Below are positions 46,749 through 59,900 of a stretch of 64,000 nt of DNA, one piece after another (within the stretch, counting starts at the first letter, position 1; every line of letters starts with the position of its first letter). The DNA is taken from assembly GCF_002571385.2 (NCBI RefSeq), contig NW_019217858.1:463218-527217 (forward strand). Reading direction: 5' to 3'. The translations under genes were made by a program, and so were the position numbers. Under the pieces are notes generated by a model. The model had not been told where the DNA came from. It was given only the letters and a program-made list of their open reading frames with translations, and did no database searches. The stretch comes from Stylophora pistillata (lineage: Eukaryota).

Positions 46749-49700
46749 GTAAGAGCCACTGGCTTCAACAGATTTCGTTGGCATACTGAGTGAGGGTATA
46801 AGCGTCAAGTTATCTTTTTCCGTGAAAAATCCTCAGTTTAAACAAAGTGAATTCGCACGCATTGTTCTTCACATCTGCGCCGATATGCCTTCCTCGCATA
46901 ATCTAAACTGTTAACTCGGTTCAATTTCAAATGAAGCAGTCCGAAAGGGGCACAAACAGGTATACCTATAAGGACCTGTGTCTTCACAAATTCGCCTTAA
47001 CGAAGATTTTTCCCAGTCGATCCCTTAACTCACAAACATTTTTATCAGTAATTGTCAAGTTTAATAAACACATCTCATTCAAATTCCAGTAAAGTGTTTG
47101 TTTTAGTCATTTCTAAAACCTTTCCATTCATTCATGTGGTATGTTTAAAAAATGACCAGAATTTCACTCAGTTTTCGCTTTGCCAGTGAGATTTTTTTAA
47201 TAAACGAACTGAACCAGTCAATTCTTTAAATTAAAAGCGCCTATGCCGTGAATATAGTTTTTGACCATTTCACATTACTTAGGTCATCGCAATTATTTAA
47301 TGTTCGTCAGAAGTAGCCAGTAGCAGAGCAATTGTAATGTCCCTCATTTTATATATAATTATGAATTTCACTCATCAAATTTTTAGGTATTATTTCATTT
47401 CAAACCATCTAGTACCATGAGAAGTCTGCCCTGCTGTAAGAAATTATAGATGTGCGAGATAAGATTGTGTTGACGAACGGTTAAAGATCTTTGCTAGCAA
47501 ATTTCTACCATGCCATTGATCAGCGATTAGCGACGTCTACACGAAGAAGAAGAAGAAGAACGGCCTTTAATTCAATTATCGCTCGAAAGTGCAAAGCTGA
47601 AGACTCTCTCACTAAGAATTAAAATCGTTGGAAAACTTATATTTGCTATTTATATCATTCAGTCCGATTCACGGCAAAGCAGCGAATTTTTAAAAACGAA
47701 TTTCCAAGTCATGACAACTTTCGTGCCGAGCAGATCCAATAAACGCTTTTGCAATCTTTTTTTTAAATATCTAACTCTTCAATTCAAGCTATGATTTTAT
47801 GGTTCAATCTAGCCAAGATACCTATTTTTTTGACCGGTAATAAATAGTACCTTTTGTTTAATTCGCTATACGTAATAACTGATTTATAGCCCGCCACAAA
47901 AATGTTAAATGACATATCTTACGTTGCCTGGGTAGCGCGACTGTTAAATAATACCTAACACACGCAAGACTGACGCTTCCTACTCGTAACATTGGCCTGA
48001 AGACGAGCGAGCAATAATTATTTTTATAAAGACAACGAGGTTCATATGCTATCTCAAAGGTGAGTCGAGAGTTTATGAAGAGGCTCGAATCCCTGTAAGA
48101 TTGAATTTAAGCCACGCTAAAGATGAAAACTGTCATCGATCTTGAGCTGGCGGAGTGACAAAATGAACAGTTGGTATTTTGACCAGTCTTTGTGTGCCGC
48201 GTTATTATGCACCTTTTCAAGATTATAACTCCGCAATTTTTCCGCGAAATTTCATATCTTCAATGAAGATACATGGAATAATATTTTTTTTTTATTATTA
48301 TCCTTTTGAAACCCTTCTAGACCAGAGGGAATATACTTTCAAGGAAAACTTCCCTTTTTCACCGCAGCTAATTTTGTAGGTTTCACACTCTTTAAATTTA
48401 ATGAATTCCTCTCACTCAATATATTTTAACCTCGTACTCCGAAGTTGTATGACCCGAAGGAAACTGTAGTTTTGCAGGATAGCTCGCTATCATTGAGCTT
48501 GGTATTGTATTCATCTTCTAAGTAAGAGGTGTTTAAGCTGAAGAAGATAATTAAATGACCTTCGAGAAAACAAACATTATTTAGGCGAGGCAAATATCGC
48601 GCATTTCGAATGAAAGCGCGAACTTCTTTTCCAAAGCGTATCTTTTGACACCTTGAATAAAGATTAAAACAAAACCGATTGCAGCTACAATTGACTCGAT
48701 TGCTGAGCAAAAGTCACGAATTACTCAAGTGATTATTGCAATTATTTGAATTTTTTTTGCCCGGTGGATTTTTGAGGAATTTCGCGCGGAAAATCACCCT
48801 TCTATATTCCGATCGCGTCAGTTGCATTAACTTTCGGTTACATTTGTTTTAAATTTGACCCTAAATATTTCCAACATTTTCCTTTATTTCTTAGTCTGAT
48901 TTCTAGTACAAATATTTATGCGCACTCGTTTGTTCACCTTTCTCGTAAGTCCAGTCCATAAAAGCTTAAAATTTAATCAAAGTTGGGTCGGTTAACATCA
49001 AAAGAGTCGTTTCATTTTTGCTTATTTTGCTCAGGGCTTTCTAGCTAATTTACCCATGCACTTAAGTAAATTCTATCTCTGATAACAGAAAACGCAGCTT
49101 TTTGAGCATCAATCGCTACAAAAACTATAATCCCTAAAAGCAACACTGATATAGTTTAAGCTCTTTATTATTTTTCTCTCGAAAAGAGCGAGTTCCTTGG
49201 AAAGCAGAACTCATGGTTCTTAATTTAAGCACTACTTGTATTGTTACAGCAATACTCAAATTTTCCCTCGCCGTTTTTTGTTGATCCACATTTGTAGATG
49301 CCTTCCGGCCAAAAACTGTTTCTTGTTGCCGTTTATCTTCTACATTTTTTCTTTAAAAATAATCGCGAGCAGTGACTACACGAAATTTCACAAAGTTGCG
49401 TCTCACTATATATGATTTTGTTAAGTAACTCCAATGCAGTTAGAGAGTGCGCTGGTTCAATGCCGTGATGAGACCTGGGCTAGTCATATCTATTTAACGC
49501 CACATGGCTTTCTTAGATTGAAGGTAATTATACTGCTTACAGGCAAGATACCGTTAGTAATTTGCATAAACGAGTATTTACACTTCAAAGAACTCAGCGA
49601 TGATATTCCCAATCGATTTTTAACTGAGGGCGGTTAATAAATTTTTTTTATTAAATTTCGGCGAACAAGACGTCCGAGATTCGAGATTATCAGGTTCACT

Positions 49701-52700
49701 CTTTCGCGAGGAAGCTTTGGTCCTTGAGATTAATTTCAGTTGTTTTCACTGAAAGTAGAGTTTTATTTTCTTCGCTCGTGGCAATTAAGGGGCGATGGAT
49801 TAAAAGCGCACGGATTATGAAAAAAATTCCCTGGTATCTCTACATAAAAAAGGTTTTCCTGCTTTAACCCAAACAAGCCACTTGTTTATGAAATTAAGCC
49901 GACAGCTCGCGATATCCTCGCCGGTTAATATTCTTATGTAAGGCAGTTTTCTCTTCTGCTGTCGGATAGTCCCGTCTCTCTAGTTCAGTCTTTGTCTTGA
50001 GCTGACTGGTTCGGCATTTATTGAACTAAAACAGGTTTGCGGAAAACACTTAATAACTTTATCTCTTTGAATGTGAGTACAGCTTCAAAAAGCCTATTCG
50101 GAGGCTGTTAAGCCGGCATAATAACAGTTTATGAGATGGTAACTTTCAAACGGAGTTTACTTCGTTTTTCCTAATTGGTTACTTTTATGTAGAACTGCCA
50201 TCGATTTAAACTCACATTGCTAGATAGAAAATTGAAACTGCAGATACTTTCCTAATTGCAGCGCTACGTTTACTAAGCAGATATTTTAACAAAAACTATC
50301 GATTACCTTTCTTCACCGAGGAAAGGACCGATGATTTTAATCCAAGGATACAATCATTTTTTTGAGAAAAAAATTCAGTTCGCGGCACCGAAAATGACTT
50401 AACTTAAGCCGAAAAGAAGGTACAACAGATTTATATTAGAATTGTAAATGAGTTGCGTGTTGAAAGTTGCGATGACAGGTGTGTCGCGAAAGCAGTTTAT
50501 CACTTTTGCAGACTTCTGCCCAGGCGAAAATGATTCAATTTAATTTCTTTCCTCAAAATTGAGCCGCCTTCTTTTCGATCTAATTCTCGCGGTGTGGCCA
50601 GAGGGAAAGAAATGAATATGATCCACTGTATGCTAACTTTGTAAACAGGAATTTAACACGCCAAATTTACTATAAAATTTGTAAATTGGAACGGTTGTTA
50701 TGCAAGTGTCTTATTTGTACAGAGAACCTATTAGAGTTAACTGAAAAAGTGGGTTAGTTTTCCAATAGGCAGTGTTTTGATAATGCAAACAAAGGGCATG
50801 TACCTTTGATTAATTTTGCTTTATTAACCATGATAATACAATCATTTCAGCCGAACAAAAACATCTATGGCAGCTGGAAAATTTAAATTTGTCTTAAAAG
50901 AGTTTAGTTGATGTTAAATTGCGCCAAAGTAGCTAAATGGTCCGTACGTTTTCAAACTCTGTTACCATCAGCGTGTAATTAGTTCTCATTTTTCAATTTC
51001 TGAATTAAAACTAGCCGTCGGCAGGAAAAATTGAAATTTACTGGCGAATACTTTTAAGTGAAAGATGCCAAAATGGACCTCGAATTCGCTGCACGACGCT
51101 TCTGTATTGTTAAAAAGGCTTCCTTCCGATTTTTAAACTAGTTAATTTCGTGTCACAGTCCAGTGCAACTTCTTTCCAACTGTGTGTTTACACGATGTAT
51201 CTTAGAACAACGCGACGCAAATTTTCCTTTGCGTGGGCAACGATACTTTCCACTTTTACGGAAGTTTAGTTTTTAATATGCACTGCACAATTCAACAATA
51301 ACTATTTTGTCAAAAGAATCGTGTTTTGTTCAGGCGAAGAACATTATCAATTCTTATTCCGATGCGCTTGACGCTTCCAAAAATACACATCTCCTTAAAA
51401 AGGTGTCAAAAATAATTTTCCTAACGCATTTTCTCTAAGTCTCATTACTTGAATGCGGGCGGACGATTCGGAAGAGTTTCTTCCTAATTCATCGTTAAAT
51501 CTTCTGCTAAGCGAAAGCACTTTGGAGTCCATTTTTCAAATCATTGCCTCTTTTCAAAGAAGTTCAGAGTCGATAAACAACTAAGTAGCATTTCATAAAT
51601 TTTTACCCTGTGAGGGGTCTCGCAAACGAAGGGTTTCCTTGCAAATGTTTTTTTCAATAAGGAAAAATCTCTTGTTAAGTATATTCTCAGTTTAAATAAC
51701 TTTAATTAGCATAGAAATTGGTCAAGCTGCGCTTCTGTTCCTTCCCTTATTATAATTTTAACATTTAAACGGGCACTTAAAGTACAGTCGATGTTTGATT
51801 TTTTATTCATCTCAACTGAATTAAGCGCGCGCGTCGTAAATAAAGTAAAATCCATTTCGTCAATTTTTCCTGAAAAGTTTTGGCGAAACTTTAAAATGCT
51901 CTTTTGCTATTCAAAAATGAAAAATAAGCTTTCAAAAGAAGCGCGACAGGATCTTTAACCAAGAGAAAAATGTGATACGATTCTTTACTTTTTGAATTTT
52001 TGCTGTCGCTGCTCGCCGAATGAGGTCGCTTTTGTATAATAGACACGTTGAAATTATATATTGCGAATTGAGCAATATGTCTGGTCTGATAAAAGACAGG
52101 AACTTGAAATGTTTAATTGTCAAATTAGAGAAGCGGCTCTGTTTTTAACTCACCGAAACATCTCCAAAGAACACTGGCTTAAGAAAAAAAAAAAGCAACA
52201 ACTATGTATCATTTTGTGAATACTTTACTTTACAAAATTTCTGCCGACTTAAATTAAGTTAAAGATTGTAGGCCCCCGAGCACAATATGCCCGCGAGAGG
52301 CTTTGATCGTTTTGCGATCTCATATCCTGTTCTCTGACAAACTGAACTCTTCATTTAATAAATATTTAGAGACGGAAACTTCTACCAAACACCAGGGAAC
52401 TAATTGATATAGAGAGTTTCGGTTTAACTGCCGGAAAACGCGACAAGATTTGGCTAATTGCTTTCGGCGGAGAAGCTAGCTAGAGCGCGTGAATTGGTAA
52501 AAATTAGATAGCAAGAACACCTCAAACAAAGTATTTTTTCACCAGTTTTGTTCATTAAAAATAACTTTGTTATCACTTCTTCAATACCATTTGCTTAGCA
52601 TTTGTTTAGGGCGTTCAGTCGAGGTTTGTAGAACTTAAACGAATTATAAAGCCTTTTCTTTGCCACAAGAAGTTTTCTTGAAAAACCTAATTTGCGTTCC

Positions 52701-53947
52701 TTTTGGCTAAGTGTTTATTGTCCATACTTCGCTAAATTTGAAAATTAATTCTTCGGTAAGCAAATACCCGCTTGTAGTGTTGAATAATTTTTTTTGCCAC
52801 TGAATCGCAAATGATGCGAAATAAGTCAATTTCCCTGAGGTGTTTTAACAAAGATTTTTTTTTATTAAACTTCAACTTTGTAGTCCGGATGTTTATGTGA
52901 ATTGGAAAATATCACCGTGGACTGTTAGTTTAAGAAGCCAGCCAGCAGGTTCTATTGAAAATATCTAAATTGATCCTATTTTGTTTATGTTCTTTGCCAA
53001 AATTTGCGCCGGGAGAGAAGTCTTTATCAGGATTTATTGACTTCCACCCTGCTAACATGGAAACGAGATGTAACTGCTTAGTACGCATGCTCAATAGGTT
53101 CAAAATAAAAACCGACTGCTCTAGCTGTAAGGGTTAGTTTACTGTTCTTTCATCGGAGGGAAGCGTTGTATCTATTTCGAATCTACCGCATCTTTTGGTG
53201 AACGTAGTTCAACCTGCCACTTGAACCTCTGCAATTACTTCTTCTTGGCTGTGGAAGGACTATTTTTTATCGCCAACTAATCTTGTTCTACTACTGCAGT
53301 CGATAGACATCTCCGATCGACCTAAGTGGTTTACAAAGCTCTTCGTTTTATTAGCAATTTTCGATATTGGTAAACTTACTCGATCCGAGTGTGCAAATCA
53401 GGATTTTATTATCTGTGGCCCTGCAAGTGGCTGCTCAAACACCAAATCGGCCTCTCCCAGAAAATTGGAATTCACTAATGCCGGAAGATTCAGGAAAGAT
53501 TGATATTTTGTCATTTCGAAAGCTTGCTTAGCTGAGAGAAGCTTAAACATTTTCAACGTGCGAAGCTGGGAGCCGTGTGACCGCAGACGATGTCTGGTTA
53601 ACAAACTCATGCTGATGTACGAAGTAAACTTTTGTTGTGAGGTTTTGGTGTTTATTTGCTGTTAATATATTTTCTTAAAAGTGGCTAGCCTTACAAATTG
53701 TGGTCTTATTTGTCGAGAAAAGTGATAATTCAGTTGAAACCATTTAACAGCTGAAGTTTTGTACTTTGAAGTAGAATCTGTCTTTTTTTAAAAAAAACTA
53801 TCCACTTGTTTAAGTCTGGAACATTAACCTTCCCAATTATTAAAACTAGGAAATCCACATATTTCCAACTCTGTTGTAGCTTCATACTTTGATATAAGAA
53901 TGGTGTTATAAAATTTTTTATTTTGTAAATTGCTAGACAGCCCTCCC

Positions 53948-56900
53948 ATGGAGAAGCTTAGTGGGCCGGCATATATTCCAAATCCATTGACGTCTCCTGC
54001 CCTTATGGTACTGGCATCAACTGCAGAGGCTGCTCGTTCCACTGCCTCTTCCCCTGGACCAATGAATGACTATCACGCAATCTACTCATCACCATCAAAC
54101 CGCTATATTGATGGTGAAGCTGTGCACAGAATGGTATTGAATTCGACCCATTTCCAGCATCGGTCTTCTCATCTTGCTCTCTACCCTGGCTCAGAGCATT
54201 ACACTGAAAGAATGCCTCACGAATTTGGACCACATTTTATTCAAATGCATCACCACTTAGGAGGAGGGCTTCTCCACAAAACAAGTGGGCCCACTGCTGT
54301 ATTTAATGGCACTGGTGCTTTCCGCAGAGTTGTGCCACCCGAACATGCTTTCCCTTTTCATCATTTACAACATCCACGAAGCCTGTTGGAGCGAGAACAC
54401 CATGTTGATAGCTTGTACAAGAGCTCTGAACTAGATAAAGAGGCAAACTTAGAAAGGAGTTTAAAGGACAGGATTTCTCCAAGAAAGCCTGATAAGGACG
54501 GTGAAACACGTCTGATTGGAGAGCAACCAAAAAGCCCCAGCCCAATAAGAAGGGCCAGCTTGCATGATGAGTCTGATAATAGTAATATCGAGACTGTAAA
54601 CATCAAAAGAGAACACATTGATCAGATCGAGTGCTGCAAGGGTAGTGAAGCTGAAGATAATGATAGCAATGGGGAATTGCAATTGAAAGGTGGGTAAAAA
54701 AGATTTCCTACATAATTTTTTACAAGTACATCATAAAGAAATTAAATTTCATTGTGGTCTCTTCTATTTAGAAGGTGAGTTTACCTGTAGTTAATTTTTT
54801 GTCTGGTTTGTAAATTGTATTACTACAACATGAGGCATATTAAACTGTCTGGTTAGAGGCTAGCTTTGTTAAATCTGGTTATTGTGCAGTGACAGCCAAA
54901 AACTTCTAGAAGGTTTTGTTTTTGGTGTTTTTAATCGTGAGGTGTAAGGAAAATTCACAGCATTTTTGCTGTCGCAAAGTAGCCTTGCCAAAGGGTTTTA
55001 AAATTCATGATGAAAAGTGCTATAAATGCAGGTTATTTATTGATAAATTTGTGTAATACTGCCAGAAATTGCTGAGCCAAAACAGAAAATTAAAATAAGA
55101 ATGACTTAATCCTGCATTAAATCCATTTCTTAGAAATCAATCCTGAAAGCATTTTTTGAACATTTTCAAACTGTTGTGATGTTAGCTGTTCATTTTATTT
55201 GTTCATTATTTTCTTTTAAAAAACTGGTGCTTATGAATGAAATGGAAAATTAAGAGGTGTTTGGGGACCTGCAGAAGGTAAAATATTCCTGCTTGGGTGC
55301 CAAAAATAAGAAAACATGTCAGCTTTTGCTGGTAATCAATTCATCTTCACCAAAAGTAATATATTTTGCAGCTTGCAGGGATCTGAAAAGTGATTCCTTA
55401 TTAATTTGTAAATGCACTTTTCAAACTGCCTCCCAGATGTGTGGTAATTTGAATTTTGTTCAATTATTTCAATAGAGTTGATTCATAGAGTGTTGGTGTG
55501 AAGGGAAGCAGGTCGGGAAAAATGGTGTGATTAAATTTCCTGTGAAACTGGTGATTAAATTCGGCCCTTTCTTGCTTATTGTAAATATTGAGATATGTTT
55601 GAAATAGATGATTTGTAATATACTCCAACAAGACTCAAAAAGCAGATGGTCATTAGCATAACAATGCTAAATGCTTGTTAGTTCTTCTCGTTTCCATAGC
55701 ATAGAAAAGGGCCCTCTTTTCATCCTCCTGTTTTATAGCAAATAAATTGTACTGTGTTATATTTTTTCAAGAGGACTCTAAAGAGGCAAACTAGCTTCTC
55801 AACAGAAAACTAAACTGTAAACCCCAAGTTTAACATCTCTAAGTTAAGTGGTTTTGTTTAACTGATAACATAAGTTTCATCTCCATTTGCAAGTTACACC
55901 TGCATGCTAAATAGTTATTCATGCTGTCTGTTCTATTGTGTTCCTTATTTTTCTTATTTAACTTGAAAGAAGTGCTAATTTTCCAGAGTCTTGTTGTTTC
56001 TAAAGTGTTAAGGATTATCAGATTTAAATGACTCTACAAAGTGTTTCGCCAGTACCCTTCTTGTTAACAGTTGTCCACAACCAATTCTTTGTGGAACATT
56101 TTATTTTTCATTTTAACTGAGAAATTTGAACTATTTGGTTAGATGCCAAGTCACCCGGTACTCTTTCATTTGTATTTTTTAATTTTGCATCTAGTTTAAA
56201 TGAGTCTTTTTCTTGTTTAAATTTTTACTTAAACAGCCTCTTAAATTTTTCTTTTTTCATGTAGATGTATTAAATGAGAGCAGCTTCTATTCTATGTTTC
56301 AATTAATTAAAACATTTAATGTTTCTTCTAACAGCCAAAGACAATTGTTGTAGTCTTTTAGTTTAAGCCTGCTCTCTAGAAAATTCTATCTTAATTTTTT
56401 TATTGTGTACCCCACGGGATGTAAAACACTCGTCAGAATTCTCACCAAACTGACTGCATTTCTTAAAACTAATATTCCAGCCATTGTTTTTTTGTGGATT
56501 GATATTCTCAAAGAGTTTTTTCACATGTGTACACTTTGCAATAATGGGAATAATTTGTGATAATTACTAGGACAAGCAGAAGTTGCTCTTCAGTGTAAGC
56601 CGATCATCTTTTTACATTTCTAATCTTTTCATTTTTTGTTTTACCCTCGCCAAAGCTGTGTGCTCAAAATTGTTGTTTTGTATTACAGGGCAGGAGTAAA
56701 GCCCTGTTTGAGGGATAAAAGAAATTTTTGGTGAAAAGAAAATTAGTTTCCATAGCATCTCCTTTGACACAATGGTGTTCTGTATAATTACATACAGTTT
56801 ATGATAAAACCAGAGAGAAGAAAATTTGTAAAATAAGATCTCCCAGGGAGAATACTACCCTTGTTATTAGCTTTTGCCATAAAATATACTCAAATATTAA

Positions 56901-59900
56901 CATACACTGTTAGGCTGGGTCTTTACGATGTCAGCGAATATTGACTCTGTGATGTGAAAATAGGTGTTGAGTGACTGGTCTGTGCTTACAGAAGATGCCA
57001 AGTTCCTTCTTTCCTAGTGTTTGTTTGCAAAAGGAAGTTCTTAGACCATGTGGTTCTTGTCATGTAATAAATAATTTTTGTAGTCAAACTTGTTTTGGGC
57101 TCCTGTAGAAATAGACATTGTTAGTGCACTAAGTTTTCCTTTGACTTTCCTTCCCTTTGTACAAGGTAGGCTTCATAGTTGACATCCCTTGGTTACTGTT
57201 CTTCCTTCTTGAGAATGTTGTTTATATTAAGCTGCTCTGTTTTGTCAAGTGTTATGTTTCTGGGTTCATTATCTTCTGCTGTATATTTTCAACTTTCAGG
57301 ATTTTGAATTTCTCACCAAGTTTTGCTCTCACTATTCCTATTCTAACCCTGCAAACCTAAGATGATGGAAATAAATTGAATGATCACCAATGTGAGAAGC
57401 TTTGATAGTCTAAAAAATTCTCCTTAGCAGTACCAAAGGAAATGTATAGAAAAGAGTATGAGAATACAGATCAGGGCTCGAAACTAACTTTTCAACTCAC
57501 TAGCCAAGAGGCTGTTGACAACTTAGATGTTACAACAATTTCAGTTTGTTTACTAGCCAAACTGGCTAGTGAAAATCAAAAACCACCAGCCAAAACTGAA
57601 TTTGTACTAGTCTGTGGCTAGTTGGCTACTGTTAAGTGTGGAGCCCTGCAGATACTAAAATGATAGGGAGTATAGCGTCAAAGTAACTCTGTGTTGTAGC
57701 ATATTTGCAATGTGTCTAAGAAAACAGAAACATCAGCTTTCTATGTACTGCAATTTGAACATGTAGCAGCAAATGAGGAGAGTTTCTTCTGTTGTTGAGG
57801 TGAAAAGAAGTTTATTATGTGATTGTGGGGGGCTCTTCAGTGAGGCAACACATTAACAGAAAAAAGAAGAAAAAAAATTTTTTGGATTTTAAGACAGCAC
57901 CCTTTCACACACTGTCCTTTTTTTTGCTGCTGTTGTGATCCTAGGAAGGCTGTTGTACAATGTTTGTCTCATTAGCCTAAATCAATCTCTACCAGACTAC
58001 ATGTAGGTGTTACTAGACTGGGATGTGATGGATAGCCAATGGAAGAATAGTCAATTAGCACATGTTTTTGCAGCTTTTACCCTCGTATTAGTAAGGAAGT
58101 TGTTGGTTAAATCAACACCTTTGCTAGAAAACAGTGTTTGTGCATGTGTACCTCGTGCAATTGCTAACATTTCATTATTCAGCTCTGTCAGTGGGCACTT
58201 AATTGAATTAGTAGGGTGTGGACATATGCAACTTGTAAGAAGTTTCTAAGACCACAAATAACAAAACTGAAAGCATCCGATTGGTTCAGAGGGTAGCACA
58301 AATTTTCTATATCACTTAGAACAGAGTGAATGAAAATGAATGTGATCCGTGATCACTTCCATTTCTCAATTGCCACTTTTCTTCTAACCAAGTTCATAAA
58401 AGATTTTTTTCTTTTTTTTTTAATCAACTTCAGGAAGACAGAGATCATCTTCAAGTCAAGCACCATGTTGTCCTGTGTGTGGCAACAGCATCAGACCAGG
58501 TGAAATGGAAAGTCACTTTGCTTGGGAAATGGAGAGATTCTGTGAAGAAAACAGGTCAGTTTGGGGATTGTAGTCAGTGCGCACCTCCTTACTATATCAT
58601 CAAAGAGCAAAGGTGTATGAAGGAATTTCAACTTAAGATTACAAGCCATTTGCTGGGACTTGGCATACTGACTTTGAATAAAAGATGAAGTCTGTACCAG
58701 AGTGAAGTAGCTCATTCAGGTGGAGCTCGTCCTAGTTTCCATAGCATGAAGCAAGATAAAACTATTTTTTATGCTGGTATCTTGCTCAATACTAATGAAA
58801 CATCATGTCTTTGACAATTTACTGAGCTATTAATTTTTTATAAGTTTTCCTTTACTTTTTAAATTACAATTTTCTTTTTTTTTTGTTTTTTTTGTTATAC
58901 TGGTGTAATTTAGGGGGCACAATATTTAGTTTATCTAGACATACCCCTCTCCTCTCCTTCTTATCTACAATGTGACTTAATTGGTGTAATTTTGTATAAT
59001 TGTAAGTTTTCTTTCCTTGAAAAGTTTATATCTTTTACTATAATTTTCACCTTGTATCTATTTCTGGTAAGGTTTGGAGAAATATATAGATCTATAAAAC
59101 TAGTAATAGCCAGAGATTAGGGAGAAGTTTTCAACCATTTTGGCCAAGCAAGCACACCAACATGTGAGGCAAAACGTGAAACACAACTCCTGCTAGAAAC
59201 AAAGCACATGGTTGATATAAATGACGTCATTCGCCCCTGAATAATTTTTTTGGGGGGACCAAATTGGTGTCCATGAATACACAGTCCAAAAAAGTTGATT
59301 TCAACTGCATTATGAACACGTTCCTTGTTGAATGCAAAAAAAAAATTACTACTTACCTCTGGGTGGGATGTCAGTCCATCACAAAGTTACCCTTCATCAG
59401 GATTCCCTGACATTTTACCAGTACCAATTTACACTCTTGGGTGGAGAGGGGCACTGTGAGGGTAAAGTGTTTTGTCCAAGAACACAACACAATGTTCCTG
59501 GCCAGGGCTCAAACCCAGACCTCCCAACCCAGAGTCCAGTGCAGTAACCATTAGGGGCCGACCATTTAACTTTTGGGGTGGGTGATTTGTGGTCATCAAG
59601 AAATTTTTTTCAAGCAATCTGCTGGGCAGGATATTTTTTTTCATTCTAGATGCTCTTTTTTTTTCTATTACATTTGGGCTGCATGCAATTTTTTTCTTCC
59701 AACAAGCACTTACAGGAAATTTTTTCTCAAAATCATTAAGGTATTCTGGAGAAGAAAAATGTTGAACATTTTTGTATACTTAGAGAGAGGGGTGCTCTTT
59801 TGGTGTTAAATTTGAAATCATTTGTTTTTTTGGACAGAAAACCAAGAAGAAGTCAAAGAGAATCTGCTTTGCAGGCAAGGAAGGTATGTGTGTACCACAC

